Below are positions 32,900 to 46,400 of a stretch of 64,000 bases of DNA, one piece after another (position 1 is the first letter of the stretch; each line of letters starts with the position of its first letter). Made by a program: the position numbers and the translations under genes. The DNA is from Octopus sinensis (taxonomy: Eukaryota). A model generated the notes under the pieces. It had not been told where the DNA came from, made no database searches, and saw nothing but the letters and a program-made list of their open reading frames with translations. The stretch spans positions 97,154,001-97,218,000 of the forward strand of contig NC_043005.1 of NCBI RefSeq assembly GCF_006345805.1, given 5' to 3'.

Positions 32900-33400
32900 A
32901 GTGGGAGATGTGAACTGGAGACGACGAACTTTAGATTCTACCACGACAGTTTGTCACAAATCTCAAGCAAAAATGATGTGGAAAGCTAATTACAACTTCT
33001 GAAATACCGGTGGTATTGAACAGTTGCGTGAGAGAGGATTTCAGCCATGACATCCACCTCTAAACTTCCTTCGAACATCGTAGATCTTTCGCTCCTGCCT
33101 TCTTTAACGGGCATCACACAACAGTCCAGAGTGCGTCTAAGATACCATTCTATTTTGCCACTAATATTAATAAGCACAATGTCGTCAGCAATGTTTCTGG
33201 GCTTAGGAAAACCTTTGGTCGCCCAATCCCACGGGAACATGAACGGCCAACATCTCCTGCCACAGAGCACCACTTTGGCTAATATTAACGTCACAAACCA
33301 ACAACTTGTCACCTAGGACTGGAAACATTTCCGTTACTTCGAAATCTAGACTAAATTGATATGGGTTGGACAAGCAAGGCGTAAACTTCTTAGTCATCTA
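32900..33400 (-). mobile_element. Possible decayed non-LTR RT remnant
   Basis: IADDIVLI plus a frameshifted GVxQGDVLAPFxF-like tract. Confidence 0.35.
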
Positions 33401-33554
33401 GAAGCGTCAGAATTGGAGTGTCGAAAACTGATTGTTTTGATGTTATCAACGATAACTCAAGTAACATGAAGTCATTTAACATGCGATGACCTTTTTTTTT
33501 TTCCAGTAACACCTTATGCTACATACATTTACACAACCAACTACTAGTTGAAGT

Positions 33555-33557
33555 TAC

Positions 33558-33612
<55 letters not shown>

Positions 33613-33657
33613 AAAAAAGAAAGGAAGGAAGGAAGGAAGGAAGGAAGGAAGGAAGAA
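33555..33657. repeat. (GAAA)n/(GGAA)n microsatellite
   Basis: Direct inspection. Confidence 0.9.
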
Positions 33658-34455
33658 ACGGGTGTGAGGAAATAGTAAGAGAAACCAGTCAAGTTTATTT
33701 CGGGTTCGGAATTTTTCAGTAAAATGTCATGACCCCATTTTACAAAGAAACTCTTTCCCCAACCCACTCCCCAACAGCACTAAGGAATAAATTCTTTCTT
33801 CTTCAATGGATATGTAATCGGTATTTACTAATACACTGTCGTTTTCTGCCTTGTTTAGAGTTTTCGTCATTGCTTTTCAAATCAAAACAATTTGCTTATA
33901 TTTTAAAAACTTTTAACAGCTCATTTACCAGCTTCACGTACTTCTTCCGAACCACTAAGAAGACCTGAAAAAGCGGATGAGGAAGCTATTTTATTCGTCT
34001 GTTGGGCGTTCTTTTACCGCGTGGGGATCGTCCTGACTTCTTAGCTTGAGATTTGTGTCGTGTTTAGTATTTCTTGTCGCCTACCTTATATGTTTGGAAC
34101 CTGAAAGCCATCTCCGTCATCCTTCAAACCACCACCGGAACATAATGTCAGGTTTTTAAAATTAGAATATTTGAATGACTCAACGTTGACATGAGGGCTT
34201 CTTTTAAAAAAATATTGCCTCTCCTCTCTGGTTGTCGTTTTACTTGTTTCAATCTTTTGACTGAGGCTATGCTGGGGCACCGCCTTACACGTAACAGTTG
34301 AATGAACCAATCCCAGTACTGTTTTTAAGCCTGGTACTTATCTATCAGCCTCTTTTGCCAAGCCGCTAAGTTATGGGGACGCAAACACACCAACACCGCT
34401 TGTCAAGCGGTGGTGGGGGCCAAACACAGACACAAAGTCACACACACACATACAC

Positions 34456-34538
<83 letters not shown>

Positions 34539-34549
34539 CATTGTGTGTA

Positions 34550-34943
34550 TACGAGGTCTGATCAATAAGTATCCGGACTGGTGCTATAAAAATGAATCTA
34601 CAACACGTACCAATCTGGCATTTAATCTCCTTCAAAATAGTCCCCATCGAGAGCTACACACTTAATCCAGCGCTATTTCCATTGATGGAAGCATTCCTGG
34701 AACTCGTTTTCTGTGATAATCAGTAGCTGTCTCGTCGCATTCACTTTGATTTCCTCGACACCCTGAAATCTTCTTCCTTTCAAGCGGGATTTGATATTTG
34801 GAAAGATGAAAAAATCGCAATGGGCGAAATCTGGGGAATACGGTGGCTGTCGGACCTGAAGAATGCTGTGCCTAGCCAAAAACTGCTGCACAAACCGCTC
34901 TGAATCGGAAGGTGCGTTACCATGGTGTATACTCACCGGATAC
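34550..34943 (-). mobile_element. Mariner 3' half with one TIR
   Basis: HHGNAP...QPPYSPDFAHCDFFIFPNIKSRLKGRRF; TIR TACGAGGTCTGATCAATAAGTATCCGGAC at 34550. Confidence 0.85.
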
Positions 34944-34944
34944 A

Positions 34945-35770
34945 TGTAATTGTGGATAAACAAGAAAATACATATAAAAATATTCCATTTGTTATCACCA
35001 ATAGTCTCAGGAGCCAAAACATTCTACAATCAGCCAAGCGCCCCCTACCAATTCTACACCTATCTCCAAGACTCTGACAAATACTTAAGGAGCAACAGAT
35101 CATCAGCAGCCGAAGACAACCACCAAACCTTAAGAGACTTCTAACCAAGGCAAAATTCACATCAGAGAAAGAAACCAAGCAAGTAACCAAGGGTGGAGAC
35201 CCTCGATGCAGGACCTGCGAATTAATCGAACAGGGATCAGCTAAAAAATTCAAAACTGGGAAGGAATTAAAGGTAAATGCAAATATGAACTGCAAAACCA
35301 AAAATCTGGTATCAAATACCCGACATGCAATGAATGAGAACTATGTTGGAGAAACAAAGACAGAATCAACCAACCGTGTAAATGTGCATAGACACCAAAT
35401 AAAACATCCCTCGCTTAGATACATAGCATGCAGCAACCACTTAGACAACTGTACACAAGGAAAATTCACAATATTCCCCTTTTATAAAATAGATGAAGAA
35501 AACGACCTACTTCGAAAGGCAAAAGAAGAATATTTTGTAAGGCTTCTGATTCCGAAACTAAACCGGAAATAATCATCAACTTTAACTAAAACAAATGCCA
35601 CTATATACACTAGCCATAACACGTGCTTGATAACGATGAGAACTGAAAGCGCTTGCGCATCATTTATTAAAGCCTACACACAATTTGTGAGATTCCTCCC
35701 TAAAGTTTAGTACCATTATACTCTCTAAAAAGTTTTTTCTTAATCTTAAATTTCGAAAAAAATCTTTCTC
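34945..35770 (+). mobile_element. 5'-truncated PLE (linker + GIY-YIG), related to the 22-kb element
   Basis: RRQPPNLKRLLTKAKF...DPRCRTCELI...NYVGETK...VHRHQIK...FPFYK...IPKLNRK* parallels KRQPKSLKRILTQAKL...RPSLN. Confidence 0.85.
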
Positions 35771-35835
35771 TAATATATATATATATATAGATATATATAT
35801 ATATATATAATATATATATATACATATATATATAT

Positions 35836-36060
35836 ACCGGAGTAAGCACATAAATGTGAAACAAGGTGGAAAAAAGAGCACTCAAATACCAGAGGTAGAG
35901 TAATATGCTTTATTTAAAAGCAGCAGAAATATAACAAAAGTGTTACTCGGAGTTTCACGTTCCCGTTCGTCGGATAGTTTTGTTAACTGTGTGAACTTGG
36001 TCGAAAATTTTGTTAACAAAACTGTCCGAAGAACGGGAACGTGAAACTCCGAGTACAGGT
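35836..36060. mobile_element. PLE-terminus-like fragment with a 44-bp inverted repeat carrying two hammerhead motifs
   Basis: Arms 35944-35987 and 36012-36055; each reads CCGANGA ACG GGAA CGT GAAAC TCCG AGTA. Confidence 0.6.
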
Positions 36061-36169
36061 TTTGTTTATTTATACTACTTTTATATATATATTATATATA
36101 TATATATATTATATATATATATATATATATACAAACACAGATACACAAACACACACACACACAAATATA

Positions 36170-36220
<51 letters not shown>

Positions 36221-36221
36221 T

Positions 36222-36395
36222 ACGACAGGCTTCTTTCAGTTTCTGTCTACCAAATCCACTCACAAGGCATTGGTCGGCCCGGGGCTATAGCAGAAGACAC
36301 TTGCTCAAGATGCCACGCAGTGGGACTGAACCCGGAACCATGTGGTTGGTTAGCAAGCTACTTACCACACAGCCACTCCTCGCCTATATATATAT

Positions 36396-36438
<43 letters not shown>

Positions 36439-36465
36439 TAATATATATATAGATATATATATAAT

Positions 36466-36512
<47 letters not shown>

Positions 36513-36655
36513 TATATAGATACGACGGGCTTTAGTTACAAGGCTTTGTCGGCTCAAGGTTTAGTAGGAGACACATGACCAAGGTGCCACGCAGTAGGAC
36601 TGAACCCGGAACCATGTGGTTGGGAAGCATGCTTCTTACCATGCCGCCACACCTA
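36222..36655 (-). mobile_element. Two SINE family A 5' halves (36222-36385 and 36522-36655) separated by (TA)n
   Basis: GCAGTRGGACTGAACCCGGAACCATGTGGTT present in both. Confidence 0.75.
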
Positions 36656-37909
36656 CTTCTATCGTGTATACGGAAGGGGTTTTGTCATTATTCTTTGCCA
36701 CTAGTGTGTGAACTTGGTCGAAAATTTACCATCTCAACGGCTCGGAGACTCTTTGCTTTTATTAGCGTTCTGGTATTGATTGTGAGTACATCGATTATGT
36801 GCTTTGTTTCTGCTACTGCTGCCGGTAGTTGTTGGATCAGAGAGCTTTGAAATGCTTTCAACTTTAAACGACTGGCTTCAAATTTCCTTTTACTATGCAA
36901 TTCTTGCTTTTACTCATGCTGAAGTTGATCTATCACTCGATACCTACTGGGGTTACAATTATGCTTTCCTTCACAAAGCATGGGCTTCCCAGCGGTCCTG
37001 ATATAGTGATGTTTACTGAGCCTAGTGTTAAAATTAAAACAATATAATTAACCAATGAGGGAGTGATGGTTTACGTGATCACTCGATCTGCGAGAAACAA
37101 CAGTAAAATATTCTCATATTACACCCAATAGTCTTAGAAAAGGACACGTAGAATAATGTGATCCTGGGTCCTCTGAATATGAGAAAAAGACCAGATTATC
37201 ACGGCTGAAATGCCTTTAATCACAGATCTGCTCGATCAGAGCTGAACCAAAGCTAAAATATAACAACAATGAATACAACTATTACATTACGTTAGATATC
37301 CCGTAGAAACGGAAAGGAAAGTTGGGAAGAAGGTATAATAAGTAAATGTTTAGAAAATATACCGTACATAGTAAAAGGCCATACGTGGGAACACAAAAGA
37401 CGTTTAAACCAACTGTAAAAAAGGCTTACAGAATAAAGAATAAAACATGAAGAACCGATGGAATTTCTTTATGATATTTTTGATGTCCCGGTACCTCAAG
37501 GAATAGTCGAACCAACAAATACACCGACTAGGAAAAGAAAACAAACAGAACTTTTCCAAGTAGGGGCAAAACGAAACGAATATTCCAATTTCTTCCCGGG
37601 GAATTAAGTAAAAAAGGGGGAGAGGTGGTAATAAATATATAATAAATAAAAGAAAAATATTGACTTCCAAGGAAACTCTCGTTCAAAAAGGGGAGATGTT
37701 GTAGTGAAATCCTGACACCCCTGTGAGACAGCAAGTGAACTGTCGTACGGTGTGTTGTGTGCAGTCGCATTCGAGAAGGCAGTCGTAGAAATCGTTGAGA
37801 AGAAATATAAGTTTGTTACGTGTTTGTTACTGATTTCGTTTTTGTAGTGTCATAACATTGTTACAGTGTAGTCTATATTCAAACTCAAGGATATAATAAA
37901 ACTGCAAAA

Positions 37910-38331
37910 CTTCATGGAGAATACCTATGTGAAAATCTTCTAGAACTCTAACATACAAACCAACCCTGTAATAGAACACAGACAGCTAGATATTTTGATC
38001 CTATACAACAAAGACAAAAACGTATCATTATTGACATAGCAATCCATAGAAACAAGATTACATAAAGTGGAAGAGAAAGTGGCCAACTACAGCAGACTGA
38101 GATGAGAACGTAACAATTACGGAACTTAGAGCAAGCAAATGTAAATCCAATTGCAGTTGATATGGTAAATACAATTCTCAAATTCTGGTTACATAAGTTA
38201 CAACCCAAAAGTTAGATGAAACTGCTGCAGAAAGCTTCATTGTTTTCAACAAGAGGGATAAGAATCATTGAGACTTGAGGATACTCAAGGAGAAATTGTT
38301 CAGATTCAACGCTCATACACTGAGACAACTG
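37910..38331 (+). mobile_element. Old Dong endonuclease/3' end, terminating in (TAA)n
   Basis: Decayed NSNIQTNPVIEHRQLDILI / IIDIAI / LLQKASL motifs. Confidence 0.6.
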
Positions 38332-38375
38332 AATAATAATAATAATACTAATACTAATAATAATAATGAATAATA

Positions 38376-38410
<35 letters not shown>

Positions 38411-38495
38411 TAATAATAATAATAATAATAATATGATGATGATGATGATGATGATGATATTATAATAATAATAATAAATAATAATAATACAATAA

Positions 38496-38531
<36 letters not shown>
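38332..38531. repeat. (TAA)n/(TGA)n array
   Basis: Direct inspection. Confidence 0.95.
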
Positions 38532-38536
<5 letters not shown>

Positions 38537-39398
38537 CGATGGCAAGAAAAGCACCTTCATGGTAAATACTGGACTAAACTAAACGCAAAAGAAATAGACA
38601 AAGAAAAATCTCAGCAATGGTTGAGAAGCTCAGGACTCAAAGCAGAGACAGAGGGATTTTTAATTGCAGCACAAGACCAAAGCCTCCCCACCAGAAATTA
38701 CCAAAAACATGTAATGAAAAGAAATATTACAAGTAACTGCAGAATATGTGGAGATGGACAAGAAACAATAAATCATATTATCTCTAGCTGCCCAGTCCTG
38801 GCTAAGAAGGAATATATTCACAGACATGACAGAGTTGGAACCTACATACATTGGAAGCTATGCCAACATTATGGAATAACAGCAGAAAAAAGATGGTATA
38901 GGCACACACCAGAAAAGCTCACAGAAAACGAGAAAGCAACCATACTCTGGGATATGCCGATACACACAGATAGAGAAATTAAGGCCAACAGACCAGATAT
39001 AGTTGTCAGAGACTATGAAGAAAAAAAATGCTTTCTAATTGATGTATCAATACCGGCTGATGACAATGTGTCTCTAAAAGAAATGGAGAAACTCTCAAAA
39101 TACAAAGACCTGGAAATAGAGGTAACTAGAATGTGGAATCTGAAAACAGAAACAATTCCTATCATAGTAGGTGCATTAGGCATGATAAAAAAATATTCAG
39201 ACAATACATAACAAAAACACCAGGACTTACAAACACATATAACATACAGAAAATTGCACTACTAGGCACTGCACACATCCTACGCAGAACACTTCCATAC
39301 AATAACCATCAGAGCATCACAACAAATCACAGCACATACCCAAGGCACACAGAGCTGCGCTCGGTAGTGAGTGAAAGCACGCTATAAAAATAAAACTA

Positions 39399-39401
<3 letters not shown>
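38532..39401 (+). mobile_element. 5'-truncated Dong copy, same subfamily as 15758-19516
   Basis: ORF 38621-39211 is nearly identical to 16120-16962 plus 15855-16160; same 3' end AAAACTACTG followed by (AAT)n. Confidence 0.92.
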
Positions 39402-39483
<82 letters not shown>

Positions 39484-39486
<3 letters not shown>

Positions 39487-39973
39487 GCTCTGATACAGTG
39501 GTTCTCATGTTTTCTGATCTTAACTCATTGGAAGTGAGTACATTGTTTGTCTTAGTGTAAAAGATGGCTACAGCAAATATTCTGCTCAATACCACAGATT
39601 TGCTTGTCAGTTGTTTGACCTTAATCAGTTGAGTATTTGGGGGAGCATCATAGCCATGTGTTGAGAGGGATTCTTTGGGATTTGAATAATTCACCTCTGG
39701 AAACAGGGGTGCTTCGTTCAACATCCTTAAACAACCCTTATTCAGGGACCTTTTGAGCGGGATGGGTTACTCGAAAAGAAGAAAATTCTAACTGGGCCCC
39801 ACCTGCAAGGTCATGCACTGTTTATCTTGATATGAGATCACCATGTCGCGCACATATGGTTGTGATGCATGTGCCTAGTGTCCCCTTATCAGACAGGTAG
39901 TCATGATGGGTATACTGGGCTTCGTATATTTTACCCCAGTGTCATTTTGATGGCATGCAATGCTCTCTCACTC

Positions 39974-39975
<2 letters not shown>
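39484..39975 (+). mobile_element. Non-coding ~490-bp element flanked on both sides by (TAA)n
   Basis: Complex sequence between two TAA arrays; ends CTCTCTCACTC followed by (AAT)n. Confidence 0.45.
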
Positions 39976-40043
<68 letters not shown>

Positions 40044-41829
40044 GAAATCCCCAAATGACCATTGTTAATATTCTTGTCTCGTGATGCTTGTAATATTTTA
40101 CTCTGGAAGGAATTGCAGTGCCCTTAACGCTTTATGGGGCCACTAAAAGTGATGGGGAGGTGGGAAGGGGGAGGGAGAGGGAGTGAAGAAGGTATTTTCA
40201 AACTCGAGACCGGGCCCGAGTGCTTGTCAAAGAATAGACTCCGCTAAAGACTCCCAACGTACCAAGTGGCGGCATTAGATCAAGAAACGGATTAATTCTA
40301 CCACCCAAGTATGTCATGGCAGGATTTGATCTTAGAAATCAAGTAACTAGAACAAATGCTGCATGACATCCGGTGCGATGTTCCCACAGCTCCCTGTCCT
40401 CCAAACCACCACCCTGTATTGCAAGTCAGAACGCAAAGTGTTAGAACAAATACAACGAACCATTTTATCTGGTGCTCTAACGATTCTGCCGATTCGTTGC
40501 CTGCTAATGTGTTAGCATTCCTGTAAACGTATGAAATACACACTTATTAAACAAACACCAGAGCATACCATGATAAAACTATACAAGCCTGCAGATTTAT
40601 TTAGTGGAAATTCAACATTGGAAACTATTTGAATGTTACTACTATAATTATATCTGTCTTATGTGTTGGTCGGTAACTAGAAGATAAGGTTGCAAATATT
40701 TATTTATGTTTCAGAGTCGGGTATTAATGTCACTCTGTGGGGGTGCTTCTCCTCGCCCTCTATTCAATGGACGCAACCTGATAGTATGGGTGTCAACTGC
40801 TTATTAAGAAGAAGCAGTGAATCATTACTCTTACTATTTGTGTTTAACCGATCAGGAGAAGAAGGCGCTTTACTTGAATGGAATACGAAGGAATTTGAAG
40901 GGTGTATGGTTAAAGCTATTCGCGTGTCTGAGTCATCCAATGGAAACTGGGAAGGTTTGGAGACAGGACAAAATACCGAATTCTTGTCACTTCAACGCTG
41001 AGAATATGGTGCATACCCTCGTTTTGGGTGTAACTGAATCAGCATTAAAATAATCGACAGAACCTAGTGACTCAGTGATTGGATAACGAAGATAGTTAAT
41101 TTGCTTTTTTCTTTTTTTCTTTTTTTCTATTGAATGCTGCCAATTTTCATTTTCGTAAACGTTTTTGTGGCTAATATAGAACTTCAAAAGTTTAAAGATC
41201 TTTTCTAGTGAAATGCAATGAAAAGAAAAGAACAAAAGAATTCTTTGTAATTTTCTATATGTAAAAAAAAATCTATCCACTGATTTGTAGACTTAATTAA
41301 ACAATACCAATGAGATCTAATAGGACGAAAAATGGTCTTAAGTTGTCATCGCTTGCCTGCAAATAAAGTCAGACTCGCTAACATTTGCTGCTAAGTTTTT
41401 CTTTCTCCAGCTGAGAAACAAATTTCAGTACCTCGCCCTTAATGTATTTAACCAAATTAAATCCATTGACTTGGTTGAGCTATTTCCCTTAGTTCCTTTT
41501 ATTTTGAATTGTAGTTGATATCTAACTGTTATTTTTAGTAGGTCGCTTGACCTGCAAATATAGAAATCAAACTCTCTCAAATCATACACTGTCTTTAAAA
41601 TTACGAAGGAAATATTGAAAAATGTAGTCTCATATACACATAAACGATGCTATGCATGGCAGAAAGGCCTTTGATCATAGTCTTCTTCCATTAGGAATAA
41701 TTTGGGACAAAGCTACAACCCTCATAACCCTCACCTAACTGTCTGCGTTTTGCGCTCTACCGCTACTCCACCAAGACTAACCATCCGAAAGAAAATAACA
41801 TGCTTGTAAAGAAACACAGCAATTTATCA

Positions 41830-41990
41830 CAACTTCCTACTACAAAACTCCAGCTGGTTCTGCTGGTTCCACCTACCAAACACATTCACAAGGCTTTGGT
41901 CAGCCCAAACTATAATAGAAGACACCTGCCCAATCAACGGCACTGAACACGGAACCGTATGGTTGGAAAGCAAATTTCTTACCACACCTA
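41830..41990 (-). mobile_element. SINE family A remnant
   Basis: CACAAGGCTTTGGTC..TAGAAGACACCTGCCCAA..GGAACCGTATGGTTGG. Confidence 0.6.
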
Positions 41991-42329
41991 CTACTCTTCT
42001 ATAATGAACCCATAAACACATATAAAACATCGAAGGGCATATTTTTCCCTCTGGGGATATTATACTCAGGTCATATAAATTTAATATTTAATATTTAGTG
42101 AGTATTAATTGAAAAGGTTGTAAGGGATGATGATTAATTTGCTGTTAATAATAAACAATTATTAACTTTCAATCTCCATTTTCTTTTCTTCTTTTATAAT
42201 AAGAGATAAAATATATGTTTTTTATATATATACCTATTGTCTTAAGGAAATTAATTCCCCCCAAAATACGAGGTTTTCAACCAGTGTTTCCTTGGATGGA
42301 ACTATCCCTTCATGAGATTAACACAATCT

Positions 42330-42395
42330 CCAATCTTTGAGCTAGAGATAAAGAGACAATCCATACAGTGGAAACACCCCTCCTCACCTGCTACA
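42330..42395 (+). mobile_element. Mariner transposase fragment cut by the gap
   Basis: EIKRQSIQWKHPSSP motif. Confidence 0.55.
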
Positions 42396-42495
42396 NNNNN
42401 NNNNNNNNNNNNNNNNNNNNNNNNNNNNNNNNNNNNNNNNNNNNNNNNNNNNNNNNNNNNNNNNNNNNNNNNNNNNNNNNNNNNNNNNNNNNNNN
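42396..42495. other. Assembly gap (100 N)
   Basis: Run of N. Confidence 1.
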
Positions 42496-43416
42496 GTATG
42501 CAATGTGGTAAGCCGAAAGTAACTGTGGTCGATTTAAAATTAAAACTGTATTGAGCAGAAAAGTGATTACTGTTAAATTAATGAAATATAATTACTCTCA
42601 AAGTCTGCAAGAGAGAGAAATTTTGAATTTTCAGTTGATTGAAATTTAACTAGTCAAATCTTTGGTAGCCATGGTGACAGCCCCGGATATGTTTCCCTCT
42701 TCTTCAGCCTCCTCAAGTATAGTAAAACCAAGGTAAATCCATTTCCAATGATTTTCCCGCTGATATTATTTGTTGGTTGCAACTCTTGATAGAAATGTCA
42801 AAACTCATTTTCTTCCCTCCTCCAGTGTGATTTGAACTCAGAACGCATAGCGTCGCAATACATACTACAATGCATTCCATCTAGCTCTCCAACAACTCTG
42901 GTATTCCAATGCTCTCTGCTGGCATTTTATTTTATCGGCCCCGAATAGATAAATGACAAAGTTGCCCTCGGTGGGATTTGAACTTTGAACTCAGAAAAGC
43001 AAAGTGTCGGAACAAAAACGGTAAGCCTATAAATGGCATCCTGGATAAATTTCTCATTGTCATTCTATTAAATTGCATAATTAGATAATTATTTCCACAC
43101 AGGGAATCTATATACTCCCAAATCATTCTAGGTCAGGTAGCTTTAAGTTGAACATCTCACTGAAGAGGTCTAAAAAGACTGAAGCATATCTGTAATTGTT
43201 GCCATGGTTACTGAGAATCAGGTTCATTCCTACTTTGTTCCATAGATTTCGGTTAATTGTTCTCTCCTTTTCTGAGTAATCTTTATTTATGCCAATGATT
43301 GTTCACCTCGTTACGCTTAAAGTATCAAAAGATTTTTTCACCACATTCGTTATAATGGCCCGCAATTAACTATATGTTTTTCATGGAAAGAGAATTTTCA
43401 TGTGTGTGCGTATAAA

Positions 43417-43475
<59 letters not shown>

Positions 43476-44348
43476 CTAGCCTCAGGTGACTCGCTCTACG
43501 CGCGGGTAAGAGTGTGGTTGTTACTTTCTGTTTTTTTATCACCACATTCTCCCTCTTTGTTTCTCTCTCCTTTCTCTCACTTTCCCACTCTCTTACTCTT
43601 CCTTTCTCTCGGACCCTCCTTCGCTTTCTCTTACTCTCTATCTTTCTCTATCTATCTCTCTCCCATGTATAAACAACAAAAGATCTTGGGTAAGTTGAGA
43701 AAGAAATATTTTGAAAGATCAATCATAAATATCAGGCAGTGACAATGGAAAGGTCTGTTTCAAGGCAAACAGCAAAACACTAACATTTAAAAGGGACAGA
43801 CGAATTTGCGAGCTGAATAAAAATTTTAAAATATTGGAAACCAAAGTTTGAAGGGATAGAATCTGAAGATAGTAGAGTCACCATGGCTGGCATTTCTTAA
43901 CGACGGACAGCAACGTAGTCGCAGTTTAACGGCTGGCGTAAAATTTTGAACTTGATGTAAAAGAAAATTCCTAAACACCAAGTTTTGAAGTGATTCTTTC
44001 TCACGACAGTAGACTCACCATGGCAAGCATTCAAAACTTCTTCATCATGGACGGCAACACATCGAAGATTTAAAGGCTGGCGCAATTTTTTAGCTTGATG
44101 TAACAGAGTATTCCTAAACACCCGCTCCTGGAAATTTTAATCCCCTTCCAGCCCCATTTAGACCCCTTTTCACATTTTGGTTAATATAACCCGATTTCAT
44201 TCGGGTCTACTCGGGCCACATTTTATAAGATGAGGAATTTTGCCTTTCATTTCAGGAAAAAAATAGTTGCCATGCCAAGTTGCCAGCACTTTTAACATAG
44301 GTGTGCATATTTTCAGCTCAACCGACCACATAATGCACACATTATATA

Positions 44349-44413
<65 letters not shown>

Positions 44414-44455
44414 GCATTAAATATATATATGTACATATATACGCATTATATATAC

Positions 44456-44506
<51 letters not shown>

Positions 44507-45157
44507 GTAAGTAAGGAAAAATTTTTTTTTAAAAATGCAGAATGCTCAAATGAAAGAAAATTTTAATAAAATGAGAAAATGATAAAATATATAAATGTAT
44601 ATTTATTCAACCGGTTTTCGTCATTGTATATATATATATAATATATATATATATATACAGATATATATTCTTTGTATATATACATTATATATGCATATTT
44701 ATATATAGAACACACACACACACATATATAAATTAACCCAATAAATATCTGATTCATAATATTTGTTCTCATGATTGTGTGGTGCAGGTGGCGATAATAA
44801 TTCTCTGTGTGAATGCAGACAGACGTAGAGAGGGAGGGAGAGAGGATGTAGAAAAAAGAGTGAAGACGGCGGGGGAAAGATAGTAAACACTGTCAAACGA
44901 CATTATAGAGAGAAATCGAAAGGAAGAGAGGAAAGAGAGAGAGACGGAGGAAGACAGACACATAAAAGAATGGGAGAAGACTTGTCAAAGTGTGCGTTTT
45001 TTGCCCTAGTAACCTAGCTCACTAACATCCTCACCTCATTTTACATGTCTCTGTAAATTTTGGAGTCAATCCGACGGGATCTAGTGGCCTTTAACCCGTT
45101 TCAATCCCAAAACCAGACAAACAAACTTTTCGCAATTCAGATTTACAGATATTGATG

Positions 45158-45158
<1 letters not shown>
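43476..45158 (-). mobile_element. Helitron-like H1 copy 3 (lacks the SINE-D module)
   Basis: A|CTAG at 43475-43479 plus the hairpin CGCTCTACGCGCGGGT. Internal modules shared with copies 1 and 4. Diverged 5' module ending A|TC near 45158. Confidence 0.75.
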
Positions 45159-45196
<38 letters not shown>

Positions 45197-45223
45197 ATAT
45201 ATTATATATATATATATAGAGAG

Positions 45224-45278
<55 letters not shown>

Positions 45279-45299
45279 CAACCCATAAATAATGCAGTT

Positions 45300-46400
45300 T
45301 TTTCATTTGCATGAAATAAAAGGAGGCGGGATAAACTACCTGCATCAATTTGCTATAAAAGCAGGTAATAGTTTTACCTTGTCCTTATTTTTAGTGCAAG
45401 CTTTGAAGAGTGCAGTTTGACTTTAAGAGTTATTTTTTCAAAGCTATAATGGAAGTAACAAAGGAGCATATTCGGTATATTTTGCTTTATGAGTTCAATA
45501 AAGGCAACGACTCAACGGAAAATGCGAGGAATATTAATGCAGTATATGGGGATCGGACAATAAGCATAAGCCAGTGGTTTCAGAAATAACGAGCCGGAAA
45601 CTACAGCCTAGAAGACGAGCCTCGTCCTCGAAGATCTCTAGAGCTCGACGAAGATATCCTGCAAACCCTGTTGGAACAAAACCCCATCGTAACTGTAGAG
45701 AAGCTTGGATTTGGTCATTCAACCATTCATTGACACCTGTGTGTCAGTAAATTGGGTCAATGGGTTCCTCACAAACTTTCCGAGTCTAATCGCGCGCAAA
45801 GAGTGAATGTATGTTTTTCTTTGCTGTCACGTCTCATGAATGAACCTTTTTTGGCCTGAACAGTAACTGGTGACGAGAAATGGGTTCTCTATAAAAATCT
45901 CAAGTGCCAAAGACAGTGGGTAGGAAAAGGAGAAACACCGGCACACCAGGCTAAAGAAGGTCATCACCCATGTAAGGTATTGCTATCTGTTTGGTGAGAT
46001 ATGAAAGGTTCAGTCCACTTTGAACTTTTGACTCCAAACCAAACGATAACAAAGGAGATCTACTGCAAGCAGCTTGGACGGCTTAAGTCAGTGCTAGAAG
46101 GAATAATGCTCGTCCACATACAGCGAGGATGACGTTCCAAAGGGTAGAGTAGTTTGAATGGGAAGCGATGCCCCACCCACCATATTCGCCGGATATTGCT
46201 TCATCTGATTATCATTTGTTCTGAAGCCTTCAAAATCATTTAGACAGAAAAAATATAAATTCAGTAGATGAGGTCAGAAGAGTGTTTTTCATCACTGACA
46301 AGTGACTTTTGGGAGAGGGACCTTGCAAGTCTACCAAATAGATGGAAGAGCATTGTAGAAAATGGAGAGTATATTTTAGATTAAAAAAGAACTTTGTTTA
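45300..46400 (+). mobile_element. Near-complete decayed mariner transposon
   Basis: MEVTKEHIRYILLYEF...LEDEPRP...WVPHKL...VTGDEKWV...HPPYSPDIASSDYHLF...RWKSIVENGEYILD, with many stops and indels. Confidence 0.9.

Noticed and set aside
40153-40186. G-quadruplex-like GGG runs (also at 48400-48600)
   Set aside because: Common in purine-rich low-complexity DNA; no supporting context.
43155-43195. CTGAAGA GGTC-TAAAAA-GACT GAAGC hammerhead-like string
   Set aside because: A15.1 is changed to G, and stems I and III do not pair convincingly; at best a dead relic.
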